A DNA stretch of 32,000 nt from the NCBI RefSeq assembly GCF_001457595.1, contig NZ_LN831039.1, positions 5,370,001-5,402,000 on the forward strand. Direction: 5' to 3'. The stretch is from Mycolicibacterium smegmatis. GTDB taxonomy: Bacteria; Actinomycetota; Actinomycetes; Mycobacteriales; Mycobacteriaceae. This document shows, piece by piece, positions 1 through 10,022 of this stretch. Numbering within the stretch: the stretch's first letter is position 1; each line of letters starts with the position of its first letter. A program made the translations under genes and the position numbers. The notes below the pieces were generated by a model. It was not told where the DNA came from. It worked only from the letters and a program-made list of their open reading frames with translations, and did not search any database.

Positions 1-625
1 TGATGGCGCCGATGATCGAGACGACGCCGCCGCCGGTCGCCATCGACAGTTCGAAGCCGTCGGCCGAGCTGGTCGAGGTGAACGCTCCGGAGATGCCGTT
101 GACGATGCCCTGCAGGATGGCGTAGACCAGCCCGAACACCAGTGCGGGAACGATCATCTCGACGGCGTGCTTGGAGAACTTGTTCCAGGCCCACGAGAAC
201 GCGTCGCCGACGCTGTAGGCGCCACCGAAGCCCGGCGCACCCACCGGGGCGTAACCCCCGGGCTGACCGAAGCCGCCTGCGGGCGGGTATCCCGCGCCTG
301 GTCCGCCCGGGTAACCCGGCGGCGGGTAGCCCGCCGCTCCCGGCGGAGGCGGCGGCGGATAGCTTCCGCCCTGCGGCGGCGGAGGCGGTGGGTAACCGCC
401 GGGGGGCGGCGGCGGGAAGCCACCCTGCGGAGGAGGCGGGTAGCCTCCCGGCGGCGGGGGTGGCGGGTAACCGCCCTGCGGTGGCGGGCCGAAACCGCCC
501 GGTTGCGCAGGGGGATAGCCGCCGTCCGGCGGCGGGGGCGGCGGGTAGCCGCCGTCGGGCGGCGGGGGCGGCGGGTAGCCGCCGTCGGGCGGCGGCGGGT
601 TGTTGCCCGGAGGCTGATCAGTCAC
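1..625 (-). CDS. Proline/glycine-rich N-terminal transmembrane protein (C-terminus outside window)
   Basis: Reverse strand reads VTDQPPGNNPPPPDGGYPPPPPPDGGY... then AYSVGDAFSWAWNKFSKNAVEMIVPALVFGLVYAILQGIVNGISGAF, a hydrophobic membrane segment. GTG start at 625. The six-frame track lists only shadow ORFs here. Confidence 0.75.
   Translation of the reverse strand, partial: MTDQPPGNNPPPPDGGYPPPPPPDGGYPPPPPPDGGYPPAQPGGFGPPPQGGYPPPPPPGGYPPPPQGGFPPPPPGGYPPPPPPQGGSYPPPPPPGAAGYPPPGYPGGPGAGYPPAGGFGQPGGYAPVGAPGFGGAYSVGDAFSWAWNKFSKHAVEMIVPALVFGLVYAILQGIVNGISGAFTSTSSADGFELSMATGGGVVSIIGAI
511..600. repeat. Three consecutive approximately 30-bp units encoding Pro-rich GGYPPPPPPD repeats
   Basis: Units 511-540, 541-570 and 571-600 share xxGGxTAGCCGCCGTCsGGCGGCGGsGGCG; they lie inside the Pro-rich coding region. 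Confidence 0.8.
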
Positions 626-932
626 GTTGCAAGCTCTCCTCACCTCGGATAGCGACCGCGGCACGGCCGCGACTTTCTACCAGCACCTGGATGCGGCGCG
701 AACGAACAACTCCACAGGCAGATTACGCATCGCACGCGCCGTCGTTAGCTGCTTCGACATGGCCGCAACCTGCGTCGGCAAGACCACGGGCGGTCGTGTA
801 TGGCCGGTCATGGCGCCTTCCCGTCGGGTTTGCTGACCCTGAGCGAGCCCACCTTACCTGGGAAGCCGCTGACAGCAGCGCATTCCACGCGGCGTGCGCG
901 GAATCTGCGGACGCGGCGCGGATGGGGGCAAC

Positions 933-2324
933 CTAGTGCCGGTAACCGCCCTCGGACAGGAACCCCAGCAGGTCGTGCCTGGTCAGCACACCGACGGGCT
1001 TGCCGTCCTCGACCACCATCACGGCGTCGGATTCACGAAGGGTCTTGGCGGCCGTGCTGACCAGTTCACCGGCGCCGATCAGCGGCAGCGGCGGGCTCAT
1101 GTGCTCGGCGACCGCGTCGGCCAGCTTGGCGCGGCCCTCGAACACCGCCGAGAGCAGTTCGCGCTCGGAGACGCTGCCTGCCACCTCGCCTGCCATCACG
1201 GGCGGCTCCGCGCCGACGACGGGCATCTGGGAGACGCCGTACTCGCGCAGGATCCCGATCGCGTCGCGCACGGTTTCCGACGGATGCGTGTGCACCAGGT
1301 CGGGCAGTGCACCCGACTTGCCGCGCAACACGTCACCGACGGTCTTCTCGACGCTGCCGTCGAGGCGGGTGCGCAGGAAACCGTAGGACGACATCCACGC
1401 GTCGTTGAAAATCTTTGACAGATAACCACGTCCACCGTCGGGCAGCAGCACCACGACCACGGCGTCGGGCCCGGCCTTGCGGGCCACCTCGATGGCGGCG
1501 ACGACGGCCATGCCGCACGATCCGCCGACCAGCAGGGCCTCTTCACGTGCGAGTCGCCGGGTCATCTCGAACGAGTCGGCGTCGGACACCGCGATGATCT
1601 CGTCGGGGACCGAAGGATCGTAGGCCGTGGGCCAGAAGTCCTCGCCGACACCTTCGACGAGGTAGGGCCGGCCCGTGCCGCCCGAGTACACCGAGCCCTC
1701 GGGATCGGCGCCGATGACCTTGACCTTGCCGCCCGAGACCTCCTTGAGGTAGCGGCCGGTGCCGGTGATGGTCCCGCCGGTGCCCACACCCGCGACGAAG
1801 TGTGTGATCTTGCCTTCGGTGTCGGCCCAGATCTCGGGGCCGGTGGTCTCATAGTGGCTCTCCGGGCCCATCTGGTTGGAGTACTGGTCGGGCTTCCAGG
1901 CGCCCTCGATCTCGGTGACCAGGCGGTTGGAGACGCTGTAGTAGCTGTCCGGATGGTCCGGCGGAACCGCCGTCGGGCACACCACGACCTCGGCGCCGTA
2001 CGCGCGCAGGACATTCCGCTTGTCCTCGCTGACCTTGTCAGGGCAGACGAAGACGCACTTGTAGCCGCGCTGCTGGGCCACCAGGGCCAGGCCGACGCCG
2101 GTGTTGCCCGAGGTGGGTTCGACGATGGTGCCGCCCGGTTTGAGCTCACCGCTGACCTCGGCGGCCTCGATCATCTTGAGCGCGATGCGGTCCTTGGAGC
2201 TGCCGCCGGGGTTGAGGTACTCGATTTTCGCCGCCACCAGGCCTGCCCCTTCGGGGACCACCGAGTTCAGCTGGACCAGCGGGGTGTTACCGATGAGCTC
2301 ACTGATGTGCCTGGCTATGCGCAT
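933..2324 (-). CDS. cbs: Cystathionine beta-synthase family pyridoxal-phosphate enzyme with C-terminal CBS domains
   Basis: MRIARHISELIGNTPLVQLNSV...GGSSKDRIALKMIE...EPTSGNTGVGLALVAQQRG; C-terminal CBS-domain-like sequence (YGVSQMPVVGAEPP...ESDAVMVVEDGKPVGVLTRHDLL). Confidence 0.93.
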   Translation of the reverse strand: MRIARHISELIGNTPLVQLNSVVPEGAGLVAAKIEYLNPGGSSKDRIALKMIEAAEVSGELKPGGTIVEPTSGNTGVGLALVAQQRGYKCVFVCPDKVSEDKRNVLRAYGAEVVVCPTAVPPDHPDSYYSVSNRLVTEIEGAWKPDQYSNQMGPESHYETTGPEIWADTEGKITHFVAGVGTGGTITGTGRYLKEVSGGKVKVIGADPEGSVYSGGTGRPYLVEGVGEDFWPTAYDPSVPDEIIAVSDADSFEMTRRLAREEALLVGGSCGMAVVAAIEVARKAGPDAVVVVLLPDGGRGYLSKIFNDAWMSSYGFLRTRLDGSVEKTVGDVLRGKSGALPDLVHTHPSETVRDAIGILREYGVSQMPVVGAEPPVMAGEVAGSVSERELLSAVFEGRAKLADAVAEHMSPPLPLIGAGELVSTAAKTLRESDAVMVVEDGKPVGVLTRHDLLGFLSEGGYRH

Positions 2325-2353
2325 ACGTCAATGGTCTCAGGCGCGCGAAAGGC

Positions 2354-3400
2354 TCACCACGTCGCCTCACGTATGTAGGCGCCGATCTGCCGCAACGAGC
2401 GCTTGGCCTCGGGCACCAGGTTGCCCGCGATCTGGAAGACGTGCATCTGACCAGGCCAAACATGGACCTCGACGGGAACACCCGCGGCGCACAGCATGCG
2501 TGCGGCCTTGCGCGCGTCGCTGATCAGCACCTCCGAGCCGGACACGTGGATCAGCGTGCGCGGCAGGCCCGGCTCGATGTGGTCGAGCGGTTCGTAGACC
2601 TGTTCGCCGTTGCGCGCGGCGGCGGCCTCGACGATCTCGACGAGCGCGTCGAACGCCTTGGGCGGGAACATCGCGTCGCGCCGGGCGTTGGGGTGCTCGG
2701 CCCGCGCGCGGTTGTCGATCTCGTACAGCGGCGACATCGCCACCAACGCGGCGGGCACCTCGCCGTCGTCGAGCAGCCGTTCGGCCAGTGCGAGCCCCAG
2801 ATAACCGCCCGCGGAGTCACCCGCGACGACGATCTGTTCGGGTTCGTAGCCCGCGCGACGCAGCCACACGTAGGCGTCGTAACAGTCGTCGACGGCCGTG
2901 CCCACCGAATGCTTGGGCACCATGCGGTAATCGACCACCAGCACGGGGCTGTCGGCGTACTCCGACAACGAGGTCGCCATGCCGCCGTGGGTGTTGGAAC
3001 CGCACGCCAGGAACGCCCCGCCGTGCAGGTACAGGATCACGCTTCGGGTGCCGTCGGCGGGCAGTACCCCGTCGGCGCGGATGAGCTGCGCGGTGCAGTT
3101 CGGCAGCGCGATGGTGGCCTTGATGGTCCCCGGACTGGGCCGCAGCATCCGTGCCGCGAAGTTCAGCGCCCCGAACGGCCACGGGAGATGTGGCACACGG
3201 CTACCGATTGCCAGCGTCGGACGAATTGTCAGCATCGCCGCCAGCGAAGCGAGTCGACCGGCGACGCTTGTGCCGTCCTCGACGATCTCTACCGGCGCCG
3301 AGTCACTGACCGGAAATTTACGCGTGCGATACGCCCCACCTGGGCCTATGCCGGCACGAGGTGACCTGGTTACCTTGCTCGGTGCGGTCATCGCCACCAC
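2354..3400 (-). CDS. lipU: Alpha/beta hydrolase fold-3 esterase/lipase (LipU-like, HSL family); true start may be internal
   Basis: HGG motif (VILYLHGGAFLACGSNTHGG), GDSAG nucleophile (IVVAGDSAGGYLGLALAE), position beside cbs as in mycobacterial Rv1076. Confidence 0.82.
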   Translation of the reverse strand: MVAMTAPSKVTRSPRAGIGPGGAYRTRKFPVSDSAPVEIVEDGTSVAGRLASLAAMLTIRPTLAIGSRVPHLPWPFGALNFAARMLRPSPGTIKATIALPNCTAQLIRADGVLPADGTRSVILYLHGGAFLACGSNTHGGMATSLSEYADSPVLVVDYRMVPKHSVGTAVDDCYDAYVWLRRAGYEPEQIVVAGDSAGGYLGLALAERLLDDGEVPAALVAMSPLYEIDNRARAEHPNARRDAMFPPKAFDALVEIVEAAAARNGEQVYEPLDHIEPGLPRTLIHVSGSEVLISDARKAARMLCAAGVPVEVHVWPGQMHVFQIAGNLVPEAKRSLRQIGAYIREATW

Positions 3401-3603
3401 TCCCTACGACGGTGTAGAACGGTGAGCTAAATCACTTCAGACAACCCGGGTAACTTAGCTTGACACTTCTGAGAAGTTCAACGTTCAAACAAGGCGTTTC
3501 GATACCGGACCTCCCACTGGTTGATACCGCTTCGTGATCGCCCCGCCGGTCCGCACCGCGGACAAGGGGCCGGACAGGGCCGTGGCGCACCTAAACTGAA
3601 CCC

Positions 3604-4557
3604 GTGGGCACACGTGCACCGCGTCGGTCGACCGTCGCCCTGGCGGCCGCGGCCACGCTGGCGTCAACCGGCTCCGCAGTCATCGGGGCGCGGAACCTGC
3701 TGAACGGGCAGGCCGCGCAAGCCCGCCGGACCATCCCCAAGGCCTGGGCCATCCCGCCCCGCGCCGACGGCGTCTACTCACCCGGCGGCGGGCCGGTGGA
3801 GCGCTGGGAACGGGGCGTGCCGTTCGATCTGCACCTGATGATCTTCGGTGACTCCACCGCGACCGGATACGGCTGTCACTCCGCCGACGAGGTGCCAGGC
3901 GTGCTGCTGGCACGTGGTGTCGCCGAGCAGTTCGGGCAGCGAATCCGGTTGAGCACCAAAGCCATCGTCGGCGCGACGTCCAAGGGCCTGTCCGGACAGA
4001 TCGACGCCATGTTCGTGGCGGGGCCGCCGCCGGACGCCGCGGTCATCATGATCGGCGCCAACGACATCACCAAGCCCAACGGCATCGGACCTTCGGCGCG
4101 CAGGCTCGGCGCGGGCGTCTCGCGGCTGCGCTCGGCGGGCGCGGCGGTGGTGGTCGGTACGTGCCCGGATTTCGGCGTCATCACGGCCATTCCGCAGCCG
4201 CTGCGCTGGTACGCGCGCAGCCGCGGCCTTCGGCTGGCGCGCGCGCAGGCGCACGCCGTGCGCGCCGCGGGGGGTGTGCCCGTCCCGTTCTCCGACCTGC
4301 TCACCCCGGAGTTCCACAAGACGCCGGAACTGCTGTTCAGCGAGGACATGTTCCACCCGTCGGCGGCCGGTTACGCGCTGGCGGCCAGCCAGCTGCTGCC
4401 CGCCCTGTGTAATGCCTTGGGCCAGTGGGACGGTGACGATGCCCTGGAGACGGGCGCGGCCGACACGTCCTCGCTGTGGTCGCGGCTGGGCGCCATGAGC
4501 CGGTTGTGGCGGCGTTCCACCGGGGTGCCCGCCCCTGTGGTTGCGGCTGCGAGCTAG
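3604..4557 (+). CDS. SGNH/GDSL-type hydrolase with N-terminal signal/anchor segment (Rv1075c-like)
   Basis: GTG start; block I FGDSTATGYG, block III GANDITKP, block V DMFHPSAAGY; hydrophobic N-terminus. Confidence 0.85.
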   Translation: MGTRAPRRSTVALAAAATLASTGSAVIGARNLLNGQAAQARRTIPKAWAIPPRADGVYSPGGGPVERWERGVPFDLHLMIFGDSTATGYGCHSADEVPGVLLARGVAEQFGQRIRLSTKAIVGATSKGLSGQIDAMFVAGPPPDAAVIMIGANDITKPNGIGPSARRLGAGVSRLRSAGAAVVVGTCPDFGVITAIPQPLRWYARSRGLRLARAQAHAVRAAGGVPVPFSDLLTPEFHKTPELLFSEDMFHPSAAGYALAASQLLPALCNALGQWDGDDALETGAADTSSLWSRLGAMSRLWRRSTGVPAPVVAAAS

Positions 4558-4588
4558 GTTCGTCTGAGCCACCTGATGAGGAGTTCTC

Positions 4589-5806
4589 ATGCCTGAAGCC
4601 GTAATCGTTGCCACTGCCCGCTCCCCGATCGGTCGCGCCGGTAAGGGGTCGCTCGTCGAGATGCGCCCCGACGACCTGGCCGCCCAGATGGTCAAGGCCG
4701 TGCTCGACAAGGTTCCCGCGCTCGATCCGCGCGACATCGACGACCTGATCATGGGCTGCGGCCAGCCCGGCGGCGAGGCCGGGTTCAACATCGGCCGTGC
4801 GGTCGCGGTGCAGCTCGGTTACGACTTCCTGCCCGGCACCACGGTCAACCGGTACTGCTCGTCGTCGCTGCAGACCACCCGGATGGCATTCCACGCCATC
4901 AAGGCCGGTGAGGGGCACGCGTTCATCTCCGCGGGCGTCGAGACCGTCTCGCGCTTCGCCAAGGGCAACGCCGACGGCTGGCCCGACACCAAGAACCCGC
5001 TGTACGCCGACGCCATGAAGCGTTCCGATGAGGCGGCCGCGGGTGCCGAGGAATGGCACGACCCGCGTGAGGACGGCGCGCTGCCCGACGTCTACATCGC
5101 CATGGGCCAGACCGCCGAGAACGTCGCGCTGCACACCGGCATCAGCCGTGAGGACCAGGACCACTGGGGCGTCCGCTCGCAGAACCGCGCCGAGGAGGCC
5201 ATCAACAGCGGCTTCTTCGAGCGTGAGATCACGCCGGTGACGCTGCCCGACGGCACCGTGGTGTCCAAGGACGACGGCCCGCGCGCCGGCACCACCTACG
5301 AGAAGATCAGCCAGCTCAAGCCGGTGTTCCGGCCCAACGGCACGGTCACCGCGGGCAACGCCTGCCCGCTCAACGACGGCGCCGCGGCGCTCGTGGTGAT
5401 GTCCGATGTGCGCGCCAAGGAACTCGGCCTGACACCGCTGGCCCGCATCGTGTCGACGGGTGTTTCGGGGCTGTCGCCCGAGATCATGGGCCTCGGCCCG
5501 ATCGAGGCCGTCAAGAAGGCCCTCGCCAACGCGAACATGACGATCGGCGACATCGACCTCTACGAGATCAACGAGGCGTTCGCGGTGCAGGTCCTCGGCT
5601 CGGCACGCGCGCTCGGCATGGACGAGGACAAGCTCAACGTCTCGGGCGGTGCGATCGCGCTCGGCCATCCGTTCGGGATGACCGGTGCCCGCATCACCGC
5701 GACGCTGCTCAACAATCTGCAGACCCACGACAAGACCTTCGGCATCGAGACCATGTGTGTCGGTGGCGGTCAGGGCATGGCAATGGTCGTGGAGCGCCTC
5801 TCCTAG
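4589..5806 (+). CDS. fadA3: Acetyl-CoA C-acyltransferase (thiolase, FadA3-like)
   Basis: MPEAVIVATARSPIGRAGKGSL...VNRYCSSSLQTTRMAFHAI...NVSGGAIALGHPFGMTGARI...ETMCVGGGQGMAMVVERL; RBS gaggag upstream. Confidence 0.93.
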   Translation: MPEAVIVATARSPIGRAGKGSLVEMRPDDLAAQMVKAVLDKVPALDPRDIDDLIMGCGQPGGEAGFNIGRAVAVQLGYDFLPGTTVNRYCSSSLQTTRMAFHAIKAGEGHAFISAGVETVSRFAKGNADGWPDTKNPLYADAMKRSDEAAAGAEEWHDPREDGALPDVYIAMGQTAENVALHTGISREDQDHWGVRSQNRAEEAINSGFFEREITPVTLPDGTVVSKDDGPRAGTTYEKISQLKPVFRPNGTVTAGNACPLNDGAAALVVMSDVRAKELGLTPLARIVSTGVSGLSPEIMGLGPIEAVKKALANANMTIGDIDLYEINEAFAVQVLGSARALGMDEDKLNVSGGAIALGHPFGMTGARITATLLNNLQTHDKTFGIETMCVGGGQGMAMVVERLS

Positions 5807-5820
5807 TCGGTACGTGCACG

Positions 5821-5861
5821 CTGCGGCGCGGGTCACCGGTCGGTCCGGCCCCGCGCCGCGG
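5821..5861 (+). terminator. Putative intrinsic hairpin after the thiolase gene
   Basis: GCGGCGCGGG (5823-5832) pairs perfectly with CCCGCGCCGC (5850-5859); 17-nt loop, no strong U-tract. Confidence 0.55.
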
Positions 5862-5899
5862 CGTCGAATCCTCGGGTGACCCCATAGAATGCCGTCCCG

Positions 5900-7102
5900 A
5901 TGACCACCATCGGAACGCCGCTGTCACCGCGCGCCACGAAAGTCATGCTGCTGGGCTCGGGTGAGCTGGGCCGCGAAGTGCTGATCGCGCTGCAGCGCCT
6001 CGGCGTCGAGACCATCGCCGTCGACCGCTACGAGAACGCGCCCGGCCACCAGGTCGCCCACCACGCGCGCACCATCGCGATGTCAGACCCGGATCAGCTG
6101 CGGGCGCTCATCGAGGCCGAGCGGCCCGATCTGGTGGTCCCCGAGATCGAGGCCATCGCCACCCCGGTCCTGGAGGCCCTTGAGGCCGAGGGCGTGACGA
6201 CGGTGATCCCCACCGCCCGCGCGACCCGCCTGACCATGGACCGCGAGGGCATCCGTCGTCTGGCCGCCGAGACCCTGGGCGTGCCGACCAGCCCGTACCG
6301 GTTCTGCGACTCGCTCGCCGAACTGCAGGCCGCCATCGACGACGAGATCGGCTACCCGTGCGTCGTCAAGCCCGTGATGAGCAGTTCCGGCAAAGGCCAG
6401 TCGAAGATCAACGGACCCGACGAGGTCGCCGCGGCCTGGGAGTACGCCATGGCCGGCGGCCGGGTCAGCCACACCCGGATCATCGTGGAGGGGTTCGTCG
6501 ACTTCGATTACGAGATCACGCTTCTGACGGTGCGCGCGCGAGGCGCCGACGGCGAGATCGCGACGCAGTTCTGCGAGCCCATCGGTCACCGGCAGGTCGG
6601 CGGTGACTACGTCGAGAGCTGGCAGCCGCATCCGATGCCCGCGACCGCGCTCGAACGCGCCCAGGAGATCGCCGGTGCGGTGACCGGAAACCTCGGCGGT
6701 CAGGGCATCTTCGGCGTCGAACTGTTCGTCAAGGGCGACCAGGTCTGGTTCAGCGAGGTCAGCCCGCGTCCGCACGACACCGGCATGGTGACGATGGTGA
6801 CGCAGTGGCAGAACGAGTTCGAACTGCACGCCCGCGCCATCCTCGGCCTGCCCGTCGACACCACGCTGCGGGCCCCGGGCGCCAGCGCGGTGATCTACGG
6901 CGGCGTGGACGCCACCGGCGTCGTGTTCGACGGGGTCGACGCCGCACTGCAGGTGCCGCACACCGACATCCGGCTGTTCGGCAAGCCCGAGAGCTTCGTC
7001 AAACGCCGCATGGGCGTCGCGCTGGCGTTCGACGACGACGTCCAGACCGCGCGCCGCAACGCCGCCGAGGCAGCCAGCCGGATGAAGCCGCGGGCCGTCT
7101 GA
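5900..7102 (+). CDS. purT: Formate-dependent phosphoribosylglycinamide formyltransferase (ATP-grasp)
   Basis: [41 protein letters not shown]...[16 protein letters not shown]...[29 protein letters not shown]...[12 protein letters not shown]. Confidence 0.95.
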   Translation: MTTIGTPLSPRATKVMLLGSGELGREVLIALQRLGVETIAVDRYENAPGHQVAHHARTIAMSDPDQLRALIEAERPDLVVPEIEAIATPVLEALEAEGVTTVIPTARATRLTMDREGIRRLAAETLGVPTSPYRFCDSLAELQAAIDDEIGYPCVVKPVMSSSGKGQSKINGPDEVAAAWEYAMAGGRVSHTRIIVEGFVDFDYEITLLTVRARGADGEIATQFCEPIGHRQVGGDYVESWQPHPMPATALERAQEIAGAVTGNLGGQGIFGVELFVKGDQVWFSEVSPRPHDTGMVTMVTQWQNEFELHARAILGLPVDTTLRAPGASAVIYGGVDATGVVFDGVDAALQVPHTDIRLFGKPESFVKRRMGVALAFDDDVQTARRNAAEAASRMKPRAV

Positions 7103-7135
7103 GCCACGCCGCCACAAGAACCGCGGCCACAAGAA

Positions 7136-7163
7136 AAAGGCGCCCGCTGTCGCGGACGCCTTT
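7136..7163. terminator. Bidirectional intrinsic terminator between convergent purT and the Bax-inhibitor-like gene
   Basis: AAAGGCG-c-CCGC-TGTC-GCGG-a-CGCCTTT: 7 bp plus 4 bp stem with one mismatch, 4-nt loop, flanking A and T runs. Confidence 0.82.
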
Positions 7164-7177
7164 CTCGGGTGTGACTG

Positions 7178-8014
7178 CTAGTCGTTGTTGAAGTACGACA
7201 GCAGTCGCAGGATCTCGATGTACAGCCAGACCAGGGTCACGGTCAGGCCGAGGGCGATGCCCCAGGCGGCCTTCTCGGGCGCGCCGGCGCGGATCATCTG
7301 ATCGGCTGCGTCGAAGTCGATCAGGAAGCTGAACGCGGCCAGGCCGATGCACAGCAGCGAGAACCCGATGGCCAGCGGGCCACCGTCGGTCAGCGGGGCG
7401 TTGCCGGTGAAGATCGCGAACAGGATGTTGACGATCGCGAGCGCGACCACACCGAAGATGCCGGCGATGATCATGCGGGTGAACTTCGGGGTCACGCGGA
7501 TGGCGCCGGTCTTGTAGACCACCAGCATGCCGAAGAACACACCGAAGGTGGCGACCACCGCCTGGAAGATCATCGCGGGGCCGCCGCTGGAGACCAGGTT
7601 CGCGAACAGGAACGATGCCGAGCCGACGAACAGACCCTCGAACGCCGCGTAGCTCAGCACGATCGCCGGGTTGTCCTGCTTGCGCCCGAACGTCGCGATG
7701 AGGACCAGGACCAGGCCGCCGATCGAGCCGAGGAAGAACGTCGGCATCATCAGGCCGGGGTTGCCTGCGACGAGGAAGTAGGACACCACACCGACGAGCG
7801 ACACGATGGCCAGCGAGATACCGGTCCGCGTGACGACATCGTCGATGGTCAGCGGGCGGGCGACGCCGGGCTGCTGCTTGTCGAGGTACTCAGGCGCATA
7901 CTGCTGTGCGTGCACCTGCTGCGCACCGTAGCCTGCGGCTCCGGTACCAAATGTTGCGTATCCGCCCTGCGTCTTGGGCAGGCTGCGGAATACCGGGTTG
8001 CTGCTCTCGCGCAC
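7178..8014 (-). CDS. Bax inhibitor-1/YccA family multi-pass membrane protein (Rv1072-like)
   Basis: Seven or so hydrophobic segments; ...VLSYAAFEGLFVGSASFLFAN...VVALAIVNILFAIFTGNAPLTDG...AAWGIALGLTVTLVWLYIEILRLLSYFNND. Confidence 0.88.
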   Translation of the reverse strand: MRESSNPVFRSLPKTQGGYATFGTGAAGYGAQQVHAQQYAPEYLDKQQPGVARPLTIDDVVTRTGISLAIVSLVGVVSYFLVAGNPGLMMPTFFLGSIGGLVLVLIATFGRKQDNPAIVLSYAAFEGLFVGSASFLFANLVSSGGPAMIFQAVVATFGVFFGMLVVYKTGAIRVTPKFTRMIIAGIFGVVALAIVNILFAIFTGNAPLTDGGPLAIGFSLLCIGLAAFSFLIDFDAADQMIRAGAPEKAAWGIALGLTVTLVWLYIEILRLLSYFNND

Positions 8015-8177
8015 CGTGGTTCCTCTCCTATGAGATGTGTTCGGGTTACGAACTACATGGTCAACGTTCGAAGATCTCGGCGGGTTCCCTCTTGAGGGAG
8101 AAAAACTCCCAGGAAACTTCCAGGTTTCGATCTTGCGGCAAACCCTACCCGGCGCGCGAGCGCCACGGGGATCGAAC

Positions 8178-8183
8178 TACATT
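8178..8183 (+). promoter_or_regulatory. Candidate -10 element (TACATT) positioned for a leaderless echA9 transcript
   Basis: TACATT-GCAATC-GTG: TAnnnT hexamer with a 6-nt spacer to the GTG start at 8190. Confidence 0.55.
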
Positions 8184-8189
8184 GCAATC

Positions 8190-9236
8190 GTGACAGAAAA
8201 CGAGGACATCCTAGTAAATGTCCGCAACGGTGTCGGCATCCTCACGCTGAACCGCCCCAAGGCGATCAACTCGCTGACCGAAGCCATGGTCGCGGAGATC
8301 GGCAAGGCACTCCACGCATGGGAGAACGACGACTCCGTCCACACCGTGCTGCTCACCGGTGCCGGTGAGCGGGGTCTGTGTGCCGGCGGCGACGTCGTGG
8401 CGCTCTATCACAGCGCGAAGGCCGGCGGCGCGGACGCGCGCCGATTCTGGTACGACGAGTACCTGGTCAACGCCTACATCGGCAATTACCCCAAACCGTA
8501 CGTCGCCGTGATGGACGGCATCGTGATGGGCGGTGGCGTCGGCGTGGCCGGCCACGGCAGCATCCGGGTGGTCACCGACACCACCAAGATGGCGATGCCC
8601 GAGGTCGGCATCGGCTTCGTTCCCGACGTGGGCGGCACCTATCTGCTCTCGCGCGCCCCCGGCGCGCTCGGTCTGCACGCCGCGCTCACGGGTGCGCCGT
8701 TCTCGGGGGCCGACGCGATCGCCATGGGCTTCGCCGATCACTATGTGCCGCACGACAAGCTCGCCGATTTCATCGAGTCCGTCGTTGCCGAAGGTGTCGA
8801 GCAGGCCCTGTCCGCGCACGCCGTTGAACCGCCGGCCAGCGCCCTGATGGAACAGCGGGCCTGGATCGACGAGTCCTACGCGGGCGCGACGGTCGCCGAC
8901 ATCCTCGCGGCGCTGCAGAACCACGACGCCCCGGAGGCCAGGGCCGCCGCCGATCTGATCGCCACGCGCTCCCCCGTCGCGCTGGCGGTGACGCTTGAGG
9001 CGGTGCGCCGGGCCGAGAAACTGGACACCCTCGAAGAGGCGCTGCGCCAGGAGTACCGGATCTCCAGCGCCGCGGTGAGATCGCATGATTTCGTCGAGGG
9101 CATCCGGGCCCAGTTGGTGGACAAGGACCGCAACCCGAAGTGGTCACCCGCCTCGATCGCCGATGTCACCCAGGCCGACATCGACGCCTATTTCGTTCCG
9201 GCGGACCCGGAACTGGAGTTCGAGAAGGAGAACTGA
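8190..9236 (+). CDS. echA9: Enoyl-CoA hydratase/isomerase family, 3-hydroxyisobutyryl-CoA hydrolase-like (EchA9)
   Basis: [33 protein letters not shown]...[16 protein letters not shown]...[22 protein letters not shown]...[18 protein letters not shown]. The listed ORF starts at 8037, but homology-like sequence begins at the 8190 GTG. Confidence 0.9.
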   Translation: MTENEDILVNVRNGVGILTLNRPKAINSLTEAMVAEIGKALHAWENDDSVHTVLLTGAGERGLCAGGDVVALYHSAKAGGADARRFWYDEYLVNAYIGNYPKPYVAVMDGIVMGGGVGVAGHGSIRVVTDTTKMAMPEVGIGFVPDVGGTYLLSRAPGALGLHAALTGAPFSGADAIAMGFADHYVPHDKLADFIESVVAEGVEQALSAHAVEPPASALMEQRAWIDESYAGATVADILAALQNHDAPEARAAADLIATRSPVALAVTLEAVRRAEKLDTLEEALRQEYRISSAAVRSHDFVEGIRAQLVDKDRNPKWSPASIADVTQADIDAYFVPADPELEFEKEN

Positions 9237-10012
9237 TGAGCGACTTCGAGACGATCCTGGTGACCCGCACCGACCGGGTCGCCACCATCCAGCTGAACCG
9301 GCCCAAGGCGCTCAACGCGCTCAACAGCCAGGTGATGACGGAAGTGACCGCGGCCGCAGCCGAACTCGACAAGGATCCGGGCGTCGGCGCGATCATCGTC
9401 ACGGGCAACGAGAAGGCCTTCGCCGCGGGTGCGGACATCAAGGAGATGGCGGACCTGTCGTTCGCCGAGGTCTTCGAGGCGGACTTCTTCGAACTGTGGT
9501 CCAAGTTCGCCGCCACCCGCACGCCCACCATCGCCGCGGTCGCCGGGTACGCCCTCGGCGGCGGCTGCGAGCTCGCGATGATGTGTGACATCCTGATCGC
9601 CGCCGACACCGCGAAATTCGGGCAGCCCGAGATCAAGCTCGGCGTGCTCCCCGGAATGGGCGGTTCGCAACGGCTCACCCGCGCGATCGGCAAGGCCAAG
9701 GCCATGGACCTCATCCTCACCGGACGAACCATCGACGCCGCCGAGGCCGAACGGGCCGGGCTGGTCTCGCGTCTGGTGCCCGCGGACACGCTGATCGACG
9801 AGGCGCTCGCGGTGGCGCAGACCATCGCCGGGATGTCGCTGTCGGCGTCGCGCATGGCCAAGGAAGCCGTCAACCGCGCGTTCGAGACCAGCCTCACCGA
9901 GGGTCTGCTCTACGAGCGCAGGCTGTTCCACTCCGCTTTCGCCACCGCCGACCAGAAAGAGGGCATGGCCGCGTTTGCCGAGAAGCGCGCCGCCAACTTC
10001 ACGCATCGCTAA
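9236..10012 (+). CDS. echA8: Enoyl-CoA hydratase (EchA8-like)
   Basis: [34 protein letters not shown]...[13 protein letters not shown]...[58 protein letters not shown]; ATG overlaps the echA9 stop (TGATG). Confidence 0.94.
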   Translation: MSDFETILVTRTDRVATIQLNRPKALNALNSQVMTEVTAAAAELDKDPGVGAIIVTGNEKAFAAGADIKEMADLSFAEVFEADFFELWSKFAATRTPTIAAVAGYALGGGCELAMMCDILIAADTAKFGQPEIKLGVLPGMGGSQRLTRAIGKAKAMDLILTGRTIDAAEAERAGLVSRLVPADTLIDEALAVAQTIAGMSLSASRMAKEAVNRAFETSLTEGLLYERRLFHSAFATADQKEGMAAFAEKRAANFTHR

Positions 10013-10022
10013 AGTTCGACGC

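Noticed and set aside
541-600. Possible CRISPR-like array from regularly spaced repeats
   Set aside because: Repeats are contiguous 30-bp coding units without unique spacers, inside a Pro-rich reading frame.
142-936. Long plus-strand Arg/Ala-rich ORFs (142-936, 154-423, 167-652)
   Set aside because: Shadow ORFs opposite the Pro-rich coding sequence; low-complexity RRRR composition typical of antisense frames in high-GC DNA.
4337-5836. 499-aa minus-strand ORF opposite the thiolase gene
   Set aside because: Antisense frame of a clearly coding gene; no recognisable domain, His/Arg/Asp/Gly-rich composition.
6083-7132. 349-aa minus-strand ORF opposite purT
   Set aside because: Shadow ORF; the plus-strand PurT motifs are unambiguous.
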